A DNA stretch of 64,000 nt from an uncultured Chloroflexia bacterium (GTDB lineage: Bacteria; Chloroflexota; Limnocylindria; Limnocylindrales; CSP1-4): positions 176,893 through 240,892 of the forward strand of contig CAVXLA010000004.1 in assembly GCA_963762445.1 (NCBI GenBank), in the 5' to 3' direction. Position 1 is the stretch's first letter. Each line of letters begins with the position of its first letter. Below are positions 25,656-33,519 of this stretch, one piece after another. The translations under genes were made by a program, and so were the position numbers. Under the pieces are notes generated by a model. It ran no database searches, was not told where the DNA came from, and worked only from the letters and a program-made list of their open reading frames with translations.

Positions 25656-27016
25656 CGGACCGCTCCGGCCGCGGCGATCGCCAGCGTGGCGGCCCCGATG
25701 TCGTGGCGGCGCCGGAGGCCGGCGAAATGCACGGAGTCGGCGGCCCGGTCGGCGGCCGCCCGCGCGGCCGCGAGGTCGGCACCCTGGCCCACGACGGCGA
25801 GGACGCGCCCGCCGTCCGTCTCCCAGCCGCCGCCGGGCGCCGGCCGCGTGCCCGCGTGGAAGACGAGGGCGCCGGTCGCGGCCGCGGCGTCGAGCCCGCT
25901 GATCGCGTCGCCGGCGGACGGCGCCGCCGGGTAGTCCCGGGTGGCGAGGACGATCGCCACGGCCGCCCCGGACGTCGCCGGCAGCACGTCGCCGGCGAAC
26001 CGCGGCGCCCCGGCCGCCGGGTCGAGCGTGCCGCGGGCGGCAGCCAGCAGGAGCGGCGCGAGCGGGACCGCCACCCGCGGCAGGATCGCCTGCGCCTCGG
26101 GGTCGCCGAGCCGGGCGTTGAACTCCAGCAGGACCGGGCCCCGGTCGGCCGTGAGGATCAAGCCGGCGTAGAGGGCGCCGCGGAACGGCGTGCCGCGCCG
26201 GGCGAGCTCGGCGAGGGCGGGGCGGTGGAAACGGGCGACGACCTCCGCGACCACGCCATCGTCGAGGTCCGGCAGCGGCGAGCAGGCGCCCATACCGCCC
26301 GTGTTGGGGCCCGTGTCGCCGTCACCGAGCCGCTTGTGGTCGCGGGCCGCGGGCAGGGCCAGCGCCAGGTGGCCGTCGCAGAGCGCGATCACGCTCGCCT
26401 CGGGGCCGCGCAGGCGCTCCTCGACGACGACCCGCGGGGCGCCGCCGAAGTCATCGCCCGCGGCGAAGATCGCCGCCAGCGCCTCGTCTGCCTCGGGCGC
26501 GCCGTCGCAGACGGCGACGCCCTTGCCCGCCGCCAGGCCGTCGGCCTTGATCACGACGCCATCGCCGGATGCCACGAGCGCGGCCGCATAGGCCCGGGCC
26601 GGCGCGAGCGCGGCGAAGGCGCGGGCGCGGGCCATCGGGATGCCGGCGGCCTCGCCGACCTGGTGGCAGAAGGCCTTGCTCGCCTCGATCCGGGCGGCCG
26701 CGGCGGTCGGCCCGAAGACCGGGATCCCGGCCCGGGCCACGGCGTCGGTGACGCCGGCCGCGAGCGGCGCCTCGGGCCCCACGACCACGAGGTCCGCCCC
26801 GTACGCGCGGGCCGCGGCCGCCACGGCGGCCGGGTCGGTGGCCCCGATCGCGGGATCGACGCGCACCCCCGGGACGGTCGCCAGCGCCGCGCTCCCCGGG
26901 ACGCCCAGCACCTGCTCCACGCCGTCCTCCCTGGCGAGCCGCCAGGCCAGGGCGTGCTCGCGACCGCCGCCTCCGACGAGGAGGATCCGCCGCGGGACGG
27001 GGAGCGCGGCGCTCAT
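25652..27016 (-). CDS. purD: Phosphoribosylamine-glycine ligase
   Basis: ATG at 27016 overlaps the purA stop (ATGA). MSAALPVPRRILLVGGGGREHALAWRLA..., ATP-grasp body. 454 aa. The 888-aa ORF is a shadow extension over purA. Confidence 0.92.
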   Translation of the reverse strand: MSAALPVPRRILLVGGGGREHALAWRLAREDGVEQVLGVPGSAALATVPGVRVDPAIGATDPAAVAAAARAYGADLVVVGPEAPLAAGVTDAVARAGIPVFGPTAAAARIEASKAFCHQVGEAAGIPMARARAFAALAPARAYAAALVASGDGVVIKADGLAAGKGVAVCDGAPEADEALAAIFAAGDDFGGAPRVVVEERLRGPEASVIALCDGHLALALPAARDHKRLGDGDTGPNTGGMGACSPLPDLDDGVVAEVVARFHRPALAELARRGTPFRGALYAGLILTADRGPVLLEFNARLGDPEAQAILPRVAVPLAPLLLAAARGTLDPAAGAPRFAGDVLPATSGAAVAIVLATRDYPAAPSAGDAISGLDAAAATGALVFHAGTRPAPGGGWETDGGRVLAVVGQGADLAAARAAADRAADSVHFAGLRRRHDIGAATLAIAAAGAVR

Positions 27017-28347
27017 CCGGCCGGGATCCCCGCCGGGCCCCCGGGCGGCCGGCCGGGGGCGAGGGGCCCCTCGCGGAGGACGACCGTCTGGCTCCGCTCG
27101 GGGCCGACGGAGACGAGCCGGATCGGCACGCCGGCCAGCGCCTCGAGCGCGCCGACGTATGCGCGCGCGTTCGGGGGCAGGTCGTCGGGCGTCCGCGCCT
27201 CGTGGATCTCCTGCGGCCAGCCGGGGAAGCGCTCGTAGACCGGCCTCGCCCGGCCGACCTCTTCGGCCGACGCCGGCCAGCGCTCGACGCGGGCCCCGTC
27301 GATCTCGTAGGCGACGCACAGCCTGACCTCGTCGAGCCCCGACAGGATGTCCAGCTTGTTGAGGACGATGCTGCTCGCGCTGTTCACGTCCACGGCGTAG
27401 CGGAGCGGCACCGCGTCGAACCAGCCGACGCGGCGGCGGCGGCCGGTCGTGGTCCCGAACTCGTGCCCGCGCGTCGCGATCCCCTCGCCGACCGCGTCGT
27501 GCAGCTCCGTCGGGTACGGCCCGGCGCCGACCCGGGTCGAGTAGGCCTTCATGACCCCGATCACCTCGGAGACCTGGAGGGGGCCGATGCCGCCGCCGGT
27601 GCAGGCGCCGCCGGCAACAGGGTTCGACGAGGTGACGAAGGGGTACGACCCGTGGTCGAGGTCGAGGAGCGTCCCCTGGGCGCCCTCGAGGAGGACGTGC
27701 TCGCCGGCGCGCAGGGCGTCCTGGACCAGCGTGGTCGTGTCGGCGATGATCGGGCGGAGGCGCTCGCCCCAGCCCAGCGCGGCCTCGACGATCGCGTCGA
27801 CGACGAAGGGCTCCCCGGGATCGCCGAGGTGCGCGAGGCGGGCATTGGCATCGGGGACCACGCGGTCCAGCTTGTGGCGAAGCGCCGCGGCGTCGAGGAG
27901 GTCCTCCATCCGCACCCCGACCCGGGCGGCCCGATCCGCGTACGCCGGCCCGATCCCGCGGCTCGTGGTCCCGATCCCGTCCCGCCCGAGGCGCGTCTCC
28001 AAGGCCCGGTCCAGGGCGACGTGGTACGGCAGGATGACGTGGGCGGCATGCGAGACGCGCACGCGCGAGGCATCGACCCCCCGCGCCACCAGGCCGTCGA
28101 GCTCGCGGATGAGCGTCGCCGGGTTGACCACGACCCCGGGCCCGATGAGCGGGACGATGTGCGAGTAGAGGACCCCCGACGGGACGAGGTGGAGCTTGAA
28201 GACCTCCCGGCCCAGGACGATCGTGTGGCCGGCGTTGTCGCCGCCCTGGTAGCGGACCACCCAGCGGACCTGCTCGGCCAGGAAGTCGGTCGCCTTGCCC
28301 TTGCCCTCGTCGCCCCATTGGAGGCCGACGATCACGGTCGCCGGCAT
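27013..28347 (-). CDS. purA: Adenylosuccinate synthetase
   Basis: ATG at 28347 preceded by GGAGGGGG. MPATVIVGLQWGDEGKGKATDFL... (P-loop). 444 aa. Confidence 0.95.
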   Translation of the reverse strand: MPATVIVGLQWGDEGKGKATDFLAEQVRWVVRYQGGDNAGHTIVLGREVFKLHLVPSGVLYSHIVPLIGPGVVVNPATLIRELDGLVARGVDASRVRVSHAAHVILPYHVALDRALETRLGRDGIGTTSRGIGPAYADRAARVGVRMEDLLDAAALRHKLDRVVPDANARLAHLGDPGEPFVVDAIVEAALGWGERLRPIIADTTTLVQDALRAGEHVLLEGAQGTLLDLDHGSYPFVTSSNPVAGGACTGGGIGPLQVSEVIGVMKAYSTRVGAGPYPTELHDAVGEGIATRGHEFGTTTGRRRRVGWFDAVPLRYAVDVNSASSIVLNKLDILSGLDEVRLCVAYEIDGARVERWPASAEEVGRARPVYERFPGWPQEIHEARTPDDLPPNARAYVGALEALAGVPIRLVSVGPERSQTVVLREGPLAPGRPPGGPAGIPAG

Positions 28348-28387
28348 GGCCGCGCCCCCTCCGTCGCGCAGCCCGCCGCCGGCGGGC

Positions 28388-28422
28388 AACGAAAAAGGCC
28401 CTCGGCGCGCGCGCCGGGGACC
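28388..28422 (-). terminator. Intrinsic-terminator-like hairpin plus U-tract inside the purA leader (attenuator candidate)
   Basis: Minus strand GGUCCCCGGCGCG/CGCGCCGAGGGCC (one G-U pair, one mismatch) followed by UUUUUCGUU, about 40 nt upstream of the purA ATG. No minus-strand gene ends upstream of it. Confidence 0.5.
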
Positions 28423-28583
28423 TGCTGGGTAGACGGCCCCCGTCGTGCGCCGCCGCGATGGCGCCCGGGGACGGTGGGTGGGGCCGCTCGGTGCGTCGGG
28501 GGACCGGGGGGCCGACCTTGGACGATGGCTCGACTCCTGCGGGGCGGGACGCGGGGGCGCCCGCGGCGAACGGGAACCGGCGG

Positions 28584-28589
28584 AGTATA
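28584..28589 (-). promoter_or_regulatory. Candidate -10 box (TATACT) for the pur leader
   Basis: Isolated AT-rich hexamer in GC-rich DNA, 236 nt upstream of the purA ATG. No convincing -35 (GCCGAG at 17-nt spacing). Confidence 0.3.
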
Positions 28590-28601
28590 GCAGGGCGCCC
28601 T

Positions 28602-28618
28602 GCCCGCTCGGCTGCCGG
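28602..28618. repeat. Left target-site duplication of the IS1202-like element
   Basis: GCCCGCTCGGCTGCCGG is identical to 30010-30026. The identity extends to 19 nt if the TG shared with the IS terminus is counted. Confidence 0.75.
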
Positions 28619-28671
28619 TGTCCCTGCTCAGTGAATCTGTCAGGGCCAACTGCTCAGTGACTTTGTCAGTC
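28619..28671. repeat. Left terminal inverted repeat (IRL)
   Basis: TGTCCCTGCTCAGTGAATCTGTCAGGGCCAACTGCTCAGTGACTTTGTCAGTC. Contains two copies of a GCTCAG-YGA-N-TNTGWCAG submotif. Pairs with 29958-30009 with 1 indel and about 12 mismatches. Confidence 0.7.
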
Positions 28672-28678
28672 TCACCCG

Positions 28679-29983
28679 ATGAGGGAGTACCTGACATTGA
28701 GCGCCAAGGAGCAGCAGCGCAGCGGGGTCGTGAGCCGCTGGCTGGCCGGGATCATCACGACGGCCGAGGCGGTCGCCCTGCTGGGGTGCAGCGAGCGCAC
28801 CGCCTGGCGGCTCCGGGCCGCGATGGTCGGGAGCGGGGCCGCGGGGCTCGCCCACGGCAACCGCGGCCGGGCGTCGCCCCGGCGACTGCCCGACGCCGAC
28901 CGGGACCGGATCCTCGAGCTGGCCCGGACGGAGTACCGGGGGTACAACGACACCCACCTCGCCGAGGCGCTCGGGGAGGACGAGGGGATCGCGATCAGCC
29001 GCCCGGCCCTGCGGCGCCTGCTGCGCGCCTCGGGGATGCCCTCGCCGCGCACCCGCCGGGGCCCCCGCTACCGCAGCCGGCGCGAGCGCATGGCCCAGGC
29101 CGGCCTGCTCGTCCAGGTGGACGGCAGCCGGCACGACTGGCTCGAGGGCCGCGGGCCCTGGCTCACCCTGGTGGGCGGGATCGACGACGCGACCGGGGTG
29201 ATCGTGGGGGCCGTCTTCCGCGAGCAGGAGGACGGCGTCGGGTACCTCACGATGGTGCGCGACATGGCCCGCCGCCACGGCCTGCCCGCCGCCCTGTACC
29301 GGGACGGCAGCTCGGTCTTCGCCCCGACGGGGCCGGACGGCCCCGGGCGGGACGAGGCGACCCATGTGGGCCGGGCCCTCGCCGAGCTCGGCATCGCCAC
29401 CATCCTCGCCGGCTCCGCCCAGGCCAAGGGCCGGATCGAGCGGGCCTGGGGGACGCTCCAGGACCGCCTCACCTCCGAGCTGCGCCGGGCCGGGGCCTGC
29501 GACCTGCCGGCCGCGAACGCGGTGCTGCGCGCCTTCCTGCCCCGCTTCAACCACCGGTTCGCCGTCCCGCCCGCGAGCGACGTCCCGGCCTGGCGCCCGG
29601 TGCCGGACGACGTCGACCTGGCCCGGGTCTGCGCCTTTCGCTGGCGGCGGGCCGTGGGGTCCGACAGCTGCGTCCGGCTCGAGGGGATGGTGCTGCAGCT
29701 CCCGCCGGGGGCGGGCGGCCGGTCCCTCGCCGGGCGCCGGGTGGAGGTCGAGCTGCGCCTCGACGGGCGGCTGCTCGTGCTCGCCGACGGGCGGCTCCTC
29801 GCCGCCGTCCCGGCACCCCCGGAGCCGCGCCGCCTGCGCGAGGTCCAGGTCCTGGCGCCCGGCGGACCGGCTCCCGAGCCGACGAGCCGCAACGTGGGCT
29901 ATGGTCCCGCTGCGGATCATCCATGGAGGCGCCGCCTCCTCGCACCACGCGAGGAGCGACTGACAAATTCACCGAGCAGATGA
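28679..29983 (+). CDS. DDE transposase (rve/integrase core with N-terminal HTH), ISNCY/IS1202-type
   Basis: 434 aa. MREYLTLSAKEQQRSGVVSRWLAGIITTAEAVALLGCSERTAWRL...LAHGNRGRASPRRLP..., LVQVDGSRHDWLEG (D), ALYRDGSSVF (D), SAQAKGRIERAWGTLQDRL (E). Ends inside IRR. Confidence 0.9.
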   Translation: MREYLTLSAKEQQRSGVVSRWLAGIITTAEAVALLGCSERTAWRLRAAMVGSGAAGLAHGNRGRASPRRLPDADRDRILELARTEYRGYNDTHLAEALGEDEGIAISRPALRRLLRASGMPSPRTRRGPRYRSRRERMAQAGLLVQVDGSRHDWLEGRGPWLTLVGGIDDATGVIVGAVFREQEDGVGYLTMVRDMARRHGLPAALYRDGSSVFAPTGPDGPGRDEATHVGRALAELGIATILAGSAQAKGRIERAWGTLQDRLTSELRRAGACDLPAANAVLRAFLPRFNHRFAVPPASDVPAWRPVPDDVDLARVCAFRWRRAVGSDSCVRLEGMVLQLPPGAGGRSLAGRRVEVELRLDGRLLVLADGRLLAAVPAPPEPRRLREVQVLAPGGPAPEPTSRNVGYGPAADHPWRRRLLAPREERLTNSPSR

Positions 29984-30009
29984 CCTGTCAGAGTCGCTGA
30001 GCGTCAACA
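29958..30009. repeat. Right terminal inverted repeat (IRR)
   Basis: The reverse complement reads TGTTGACGCTCAGCGACTCTGACAGGTCATCTGCTCGGTGAATTTGTCAGTC, which aligns with IRL. Confidence 0.7.
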
Positions 30010-30026
30010 GCCCGCTCGGCTGCCGG
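30010..30026. repeat. Right target-site duplication
   Basis: GCCCGCTCGGCTGCCGG, identical to 28602-28618. Confidence 0.75.
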
Positions 30027-30135
30027 TGCGGACCGGGCGTCGCGCGCGGACGCGCCCAGCCATGACCATTCGCGCAGAGCCGCAGTACCTTTCGGCGACC
30101 CGGCGCGACGCCGTCCGCGCCGTACGCTCCGTTCC

Positions 30136-31701
30136 GTGGTCCGCCTCCTCGGAGCCCTGGGGCTGCTCGCCCCGATCGGCGTCGTGTTCCTGGTCGCCCT
30201 CGCGCTGCCCGGCATGGCCCGCGACGACCCGGGCCGCGACGCGGCCGGCGTCGCCGCCGGGATGCTCGTCGGGGTCTTCCTCGTCTCCGCCACGGTCACC
30301 CTCTGGCTGCGGGCCCGCGTCGTGCCCGCCGTGCGGGCGCTCGAGCGGCTCGCCGAGGGCGACACCGCGACCGCGATCCCCGCGTTCGACGGCGGGCTGG
30401 GGGGCCGCCTGGCCACGGCCCTCTGCGGCGTGGCCGCGACGCTGGCCGAGACGCACGGCGAGGCCACGACGGACAGGCTGACGGGGATCGCGAACCGACC
30501 GGCGATCCTCGCCGCCCTGTTCGGCGAGGTCGAGCGCGCCGGACGCTACGACCGGCCCCTCGCGGTCGCGTTCGTCGACATCGACCTCTTCAAGGCCGTC
30601 AACGACACCTACGGCCACGAGGCCGGCGACGTCGTCCTGCGAGGCGTGGCCGCCACCCTGCGGGCCAACCTCCGCTCGGCCGACACGCTGGGGCGCTACG
30701 GCGGCGAGGAGTTCATGGTCATCCTCCCCGAGACGGATGCCGCCGCGGCGGCGGCCCTCGCCGAGAAGCTCCGCCAGCTGATCCTCGGCACGACGTTCGC
30801 GATCGAGGGCCAGGGAAGCGTCAGCGTGACCGTCTCGATCGGGGTCGCCATCGGTGTCGGGCGCACCCTGCGCGTGGATGCCCTCGTCCGCGATGCCGAC
30901 GCCGCCATGTACTCGGCGAAGGGCCTGGGCCGCAACCAGGTCTACCTCTTCGAGGAACCCGACGAGGATGCCCGGATCCCCCGCGCCCCGATCTCCCCCG
31001 AGGGCCGCGCCCTTGCGGTCGAGGTGGGGCAGCTCGCGAAATCGGCCGCCGAGCAGGCGCTCATCCAGACGCTCGCCCCCTACCCCAATCACCGGGGCCA
31101 GCCGTCGGCGCGGATCGCCACGCTGTCGGTCCTCTTGGGCCGCCGCCTGGGCCTGCCGGAGGCCGAGCTGGATCGGCTGCGACTGGCGGCCCTCCTTCAC
31201 GACGTGGGCAAGCTCGCGCTGCCCGAGGAGATCCTGGAGAAGCCGGCCGCCCTCACCTCGCAGGAGTGGCAGGCGGTGGTCCAGCACCCGCGGATCGGCC
31301 AGGTCATCCTGGAGCGCGCCTCGGCGCTCAAGGACGCCGTGCCGATCATCCTCCACCACCACGAGCACTTCGGCGGGGGCGGCTACCCGTACGGCCTGCG
31401 TGGGCACGACATCCCGCTCGGCGCCCGGATCGTGGCCCTCGCCGACGCCTACGACGCGATGGTCGAGAACCGCCCGTACAAGCGGGCGATCAGCCACGCC
31501 GACGCGATCCGCGAGATGGTCCGCCACGCCGGAAGCCAGTTCGACCCCGATCTCGTCGAGACCTTCGTCGAGATGTTCGCCGCCGGGATCCCGGACCTGG
31601 ACCCGGCCCTTGTCGCCCTCGTCAAGCTGGGGCCGACCCCCCTTCACGACGCCGCCCCCGCCCGTCGCGCGCGCCCGCGCCGTCGCGCCGCCGCCGGTTA
31701 G
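30136..31701 (+). CDS. Membrane-anchored GGDEF diguanylate cyclase fused to an HD-GYP phosphodiesterase domain
   Basis: 521 aa, GTG start. Two N-terminal hydrophobic helices plus a HAMP-like linker. RSAD I-site 5 aa before GGEEF. HD-GYP part LLHDVGK ... [15 protein letters not shown]. Confidence 0.9.
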   Translation: MVRLLGALGLLAPIGVVFLVALALPGMARDDPGRDAAGVAAGMLVGVFLVSATVTLWLRARVVPAVRALERLAEGDTATAIPAFDGGLGGRLATALCGVAATLAETHGEATTDRLTGIANRPAILAALFGEVERAGRYDRPLAVAFVDIDLFKAVNDTYGHEAGDVVLRGVAATLRANLRSADTLGRYGGEEFMVILPETDAAAAAALAEKLRQLILGTTFAIEGQGSVSVTVSIGVAIGVGRTLRVDALVRDADAAMYSAKGLGRNQVYLFEEPDEDARIPRAPISPEGRALAVEVGQLAKSAAEQALIQTLAPYPNHRGQPSARIATLSVLLGRRLGLPEAELDRLRLAALLHDVGKLALPEEILEKPAALTSQEWQAVVQHPRIGQVILERASALKDAVPIILHHHEHFGGGGYPYGLRGHDIPLGARIVALADAYDAMVENRPYKRAISHADAIREMVRHAGSQFDPDLVETFVEMFAAGIPDLDPALVALVKLGPTPLHDAAPARRARPRRRAAAG

Positions 31702-31889
31702 CGCGTCCGGCGGTCGCGCGCCGGCTCGTGAGCCGCCGATAAGCGCCCGGTGAGCGGCCGTCGCTAGGGTTCGCATCCGGCGGGTCCGCCCGGTCGTCCA
31801 CGCGGATCCGCCGCCACCCGCCGCCACCCGCCGTCCATGCGAGGGGCCGCTGCCTGGCACCGCCGGGCCGGCCAGGAGGGAACGGACCG

Positions 31890-32342
31890 ATGAACAGGGT
31901 GCTCCTGACCGGGCGGCTGACCCGGGATCCCGAGATGCGCGCGCTCGCCTCGGGAAAGCACGTCACGAGCTTCTCGGTGGCGACCAACGAGTACGTCGGG
32001 AGCGGCCGCGAGAAGGCCGAGTACCACGCGGTCATCACCTGGGAGCGGCTCGCCGACATCTGCGCCCAGTACCTGGCCCGCGGCTCGATGGTGGCGATCG
32101 AGGGCCGCCTCCAGACCCGCCAGTGGGACGATGAGGCCGGGAAGCGGCACTGGAAGACCGAGGTCGTGGCGGCGTCGGTGGAGATGCTCTCCGGCCGCCG
32201 CAAGAAGGACTACGCGGCGGACGCGCTGGCGGCCCAGGCGGACGCCATGGGCCTCGAGCCCGCGGACGGCGACGACGCGATCACAAACCTTGCCGCCGGC
32301 GACCCCGAGGCCGTGGAGCTCGACGTCGCCGCCGTCGCCTGA
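31890..32342 (+). CDS. ssb: Single-stranded DNA-binding protein (OB fold), atypical C-terminus
   Basis: 150 aa. AGGAGGG RBS. MNRVLLTGRLTRDPEMRALASGKHVTSFSVATNE...VAIEGRLQTRQWDDEAGKRHWKTEVVA. Ends ...PEAVELDVAAVA rather than an acidic D-D-(I/L)-P-F tip. Confidence 0.85.
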   Translation: MNRVLLTGRLTRDPEMRALASGKHVTSFSVATNEYVGSGREKAEYHAVITWERLADICAQYLARGSMVAIEGRLQTRQWDDEAGKRHWKTEVVAASVEMLSGRRKKDYAADALAAQADAMGLEPADGDDAITNLAAGDPEAVELDVAAVA

Positions 32343-32361
32343 GACGGAACGCCTCACACCC

Positions 32362-32388
32362 GCGGGCGCCGTCCTCCCCGGCGCCCGC
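32362..32388. terminator. Hairpin between convergent ssb and antiporter genes
   Basis: GCGGGCGCC-N9-GGCGCCCGC, a 9-bp stem. No U-tract. Confidence 0.35.
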
Positions 32389-32400
32389 CTCCCCTGCCCC

Positions 32401-33507
32401 TCAGCGCAGCTCGAAGAACGAGACCGCGAGGATCACGTACACGATCATGAGCAGGGCGCCCTCCAGCCAGGTCGACTCGCCGTCGAGGGCGATGAGGGCG
32501 CTGATCCCGACGGCCGCCCCGACGGCCACGATCTCGAGCGGCGCGAAGACCAGGTTCATCGGCTGGCCCATGACCGCGCCGACGATCACCAGGACGGGGC
32601 CGACGAAGAGGGCCACCTGGAGGCTCGAGCCGTAGGCCACGGCCATCGAGAACTCCATCCGGTTCTTCCAGGCCAGCTGGATGGCGACGACGTGCTCGGC
32701 CAGGTTGCCGATCGTCGGGATGAGGATCACCCCGACGAAGATCTCCGACAGTCCGAACGTCTCGATGAAGGGCTCGATCGAGCCGACGAGGATCTCGGAG
32801 AGGACCGCGAGCAGGCCCGCCGCCCCGAGGAGCACGACGACGGCCGTCGACCGGCTCCAGGCCGGCCCCCCGTGCTCGGCAGCGGGCTCATGGCCGCCCA
32901 GCATCCGGCTGGCGTTGGTGAACGAGAAGACGAGCGAGAGGACGTAACCGACGATCAGGATCCCCGCTACCAGGACCGACTCCTCGGTGATCGTCCCCGG
33001 CTCCCCCGGGCCCGCGCTCAGGGCGAAGACCGCCGGCACGAAGAAGCCGATCGCGGCCACGACGAGGAGCGCCGCGTTCGAGCCCGCGATGCGCGGGTCG
33101 AAACGCTGGATGCCGTTGCGGACGCCGCCGAACAGGACGCTCGCGCCCAGGACGAGGAGCAGGTTCCCGATGATCGAGCCGGTGAGCGACGCCTTCACGA
33201 CCTCGATCAGCCCGGCCTGGAGGGCGAAGAAGGCGATGATCAGCTCGGCGATGTTGCCGAAGGTCGCGTTCAGGATTCCGCCCACCTGGGGTCCCGTCAG
33301 CGCGCCGAGGCGCTCGGTGGAGAGGCCGATGAGCCAGGCGAGCCCGAGGATCGCGATCGCGGAGATGATGAAGACGAGGGTCGGGTCCGCCCGGAGCCCC
33401 CAGGCGAGCACGACGGTCGCCAGGGAGACCCCGATCGTCGCGAGCACGAGGGCCCGGGAGACCGGGGAGAGTGCGCCGAGGATCGGGAGGCGGGCGGTCG
33501 CCGGCAT
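32401..33507 (-). CDS. Ca2+/H+ antiporter (CaCA family, Cax/ChaA-like)
   Basis: 368 aa polytopic membrane protein with the two alpha-repeats, GNIAELIIAFFAL and GNLAEHVVAIQLA. Confidence 0.9.
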   Translation of the reverse strand: MPATARLPILGALSPVSRALVLATIGVSLATVVLAWGLRADPTLVFIISAIAILGLAWLIGLSTERLGALTGPQVGGILNATFGNIAELIIAFFALQAGLIEVVKASLTGSIIGNLLLVLGASVLFGGVRNGIQRFDPRIAGSNAALLVVAAIGFFVPAVFALSAGPGEPGTITEESVLVAGILIVGYVLSLVFSFTNASRMLGGHEPAAEHGGPAWSRSTAVVVLLGAAGLLAVLSEILVGSIEPFIETFGLSEIFVGVILIPTIGNLAEHVVAIQLAWKNRMEFSMAVAYGSSLQVALFVGPVLVIVGAVMGQPMNLVFAPLEIVAVGAAVGISALIALDGESTWLEGALLMIVYVILAVSFFELR

Positions 33508-33519
33508 GACGGCCCGATC

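Larger units (their letters stand above)
28619..30009 (+). mobile_element. Insertion sequence, IS1202/ISNCY-like, apparently intact (about 1.39 kb)
   Basis: Single DDE transposase ORF, imperfect ~52-bp terminal inverted repeats starting TGT...ACA, flanked by a perfect 17-19 bp direct repeat. Confidence 0.8.

Noticed and set aside
22356-28389. Very long N-terminal extensions in track ORFs for purQ (432 aa), purC (781 aa), purD (888 aa), purA (458 aa) and purM (508 aa)
   Set aside because: The extensions overlap the preceding well-supported pur gene in another frame and are Arg/Gly/Pro-rich. The family N-termini begin at internal ATG/GTG codons that overlap the upstream stops.
28348-28600. Assignment of the purA leader to a known purine, ZTP or PRPP/ykkC riboswitch class
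   Set aside because: I looked for the conserved cores (GGAUAUGG...CCGUAAA; ACUGGCG...CCGCCUGGGC; CUAGGGUUCCG...GGGA) and found none. Only a UCUACC fragment is present, so no class is claimed.
28602-30028. The 19-bp direct repeat as att sites of a larger integrated island
   Set aside because: The repeats directly abut terminal inverted repeats, and only a single transposase gene lies between them. This is a simple IS target duplication.
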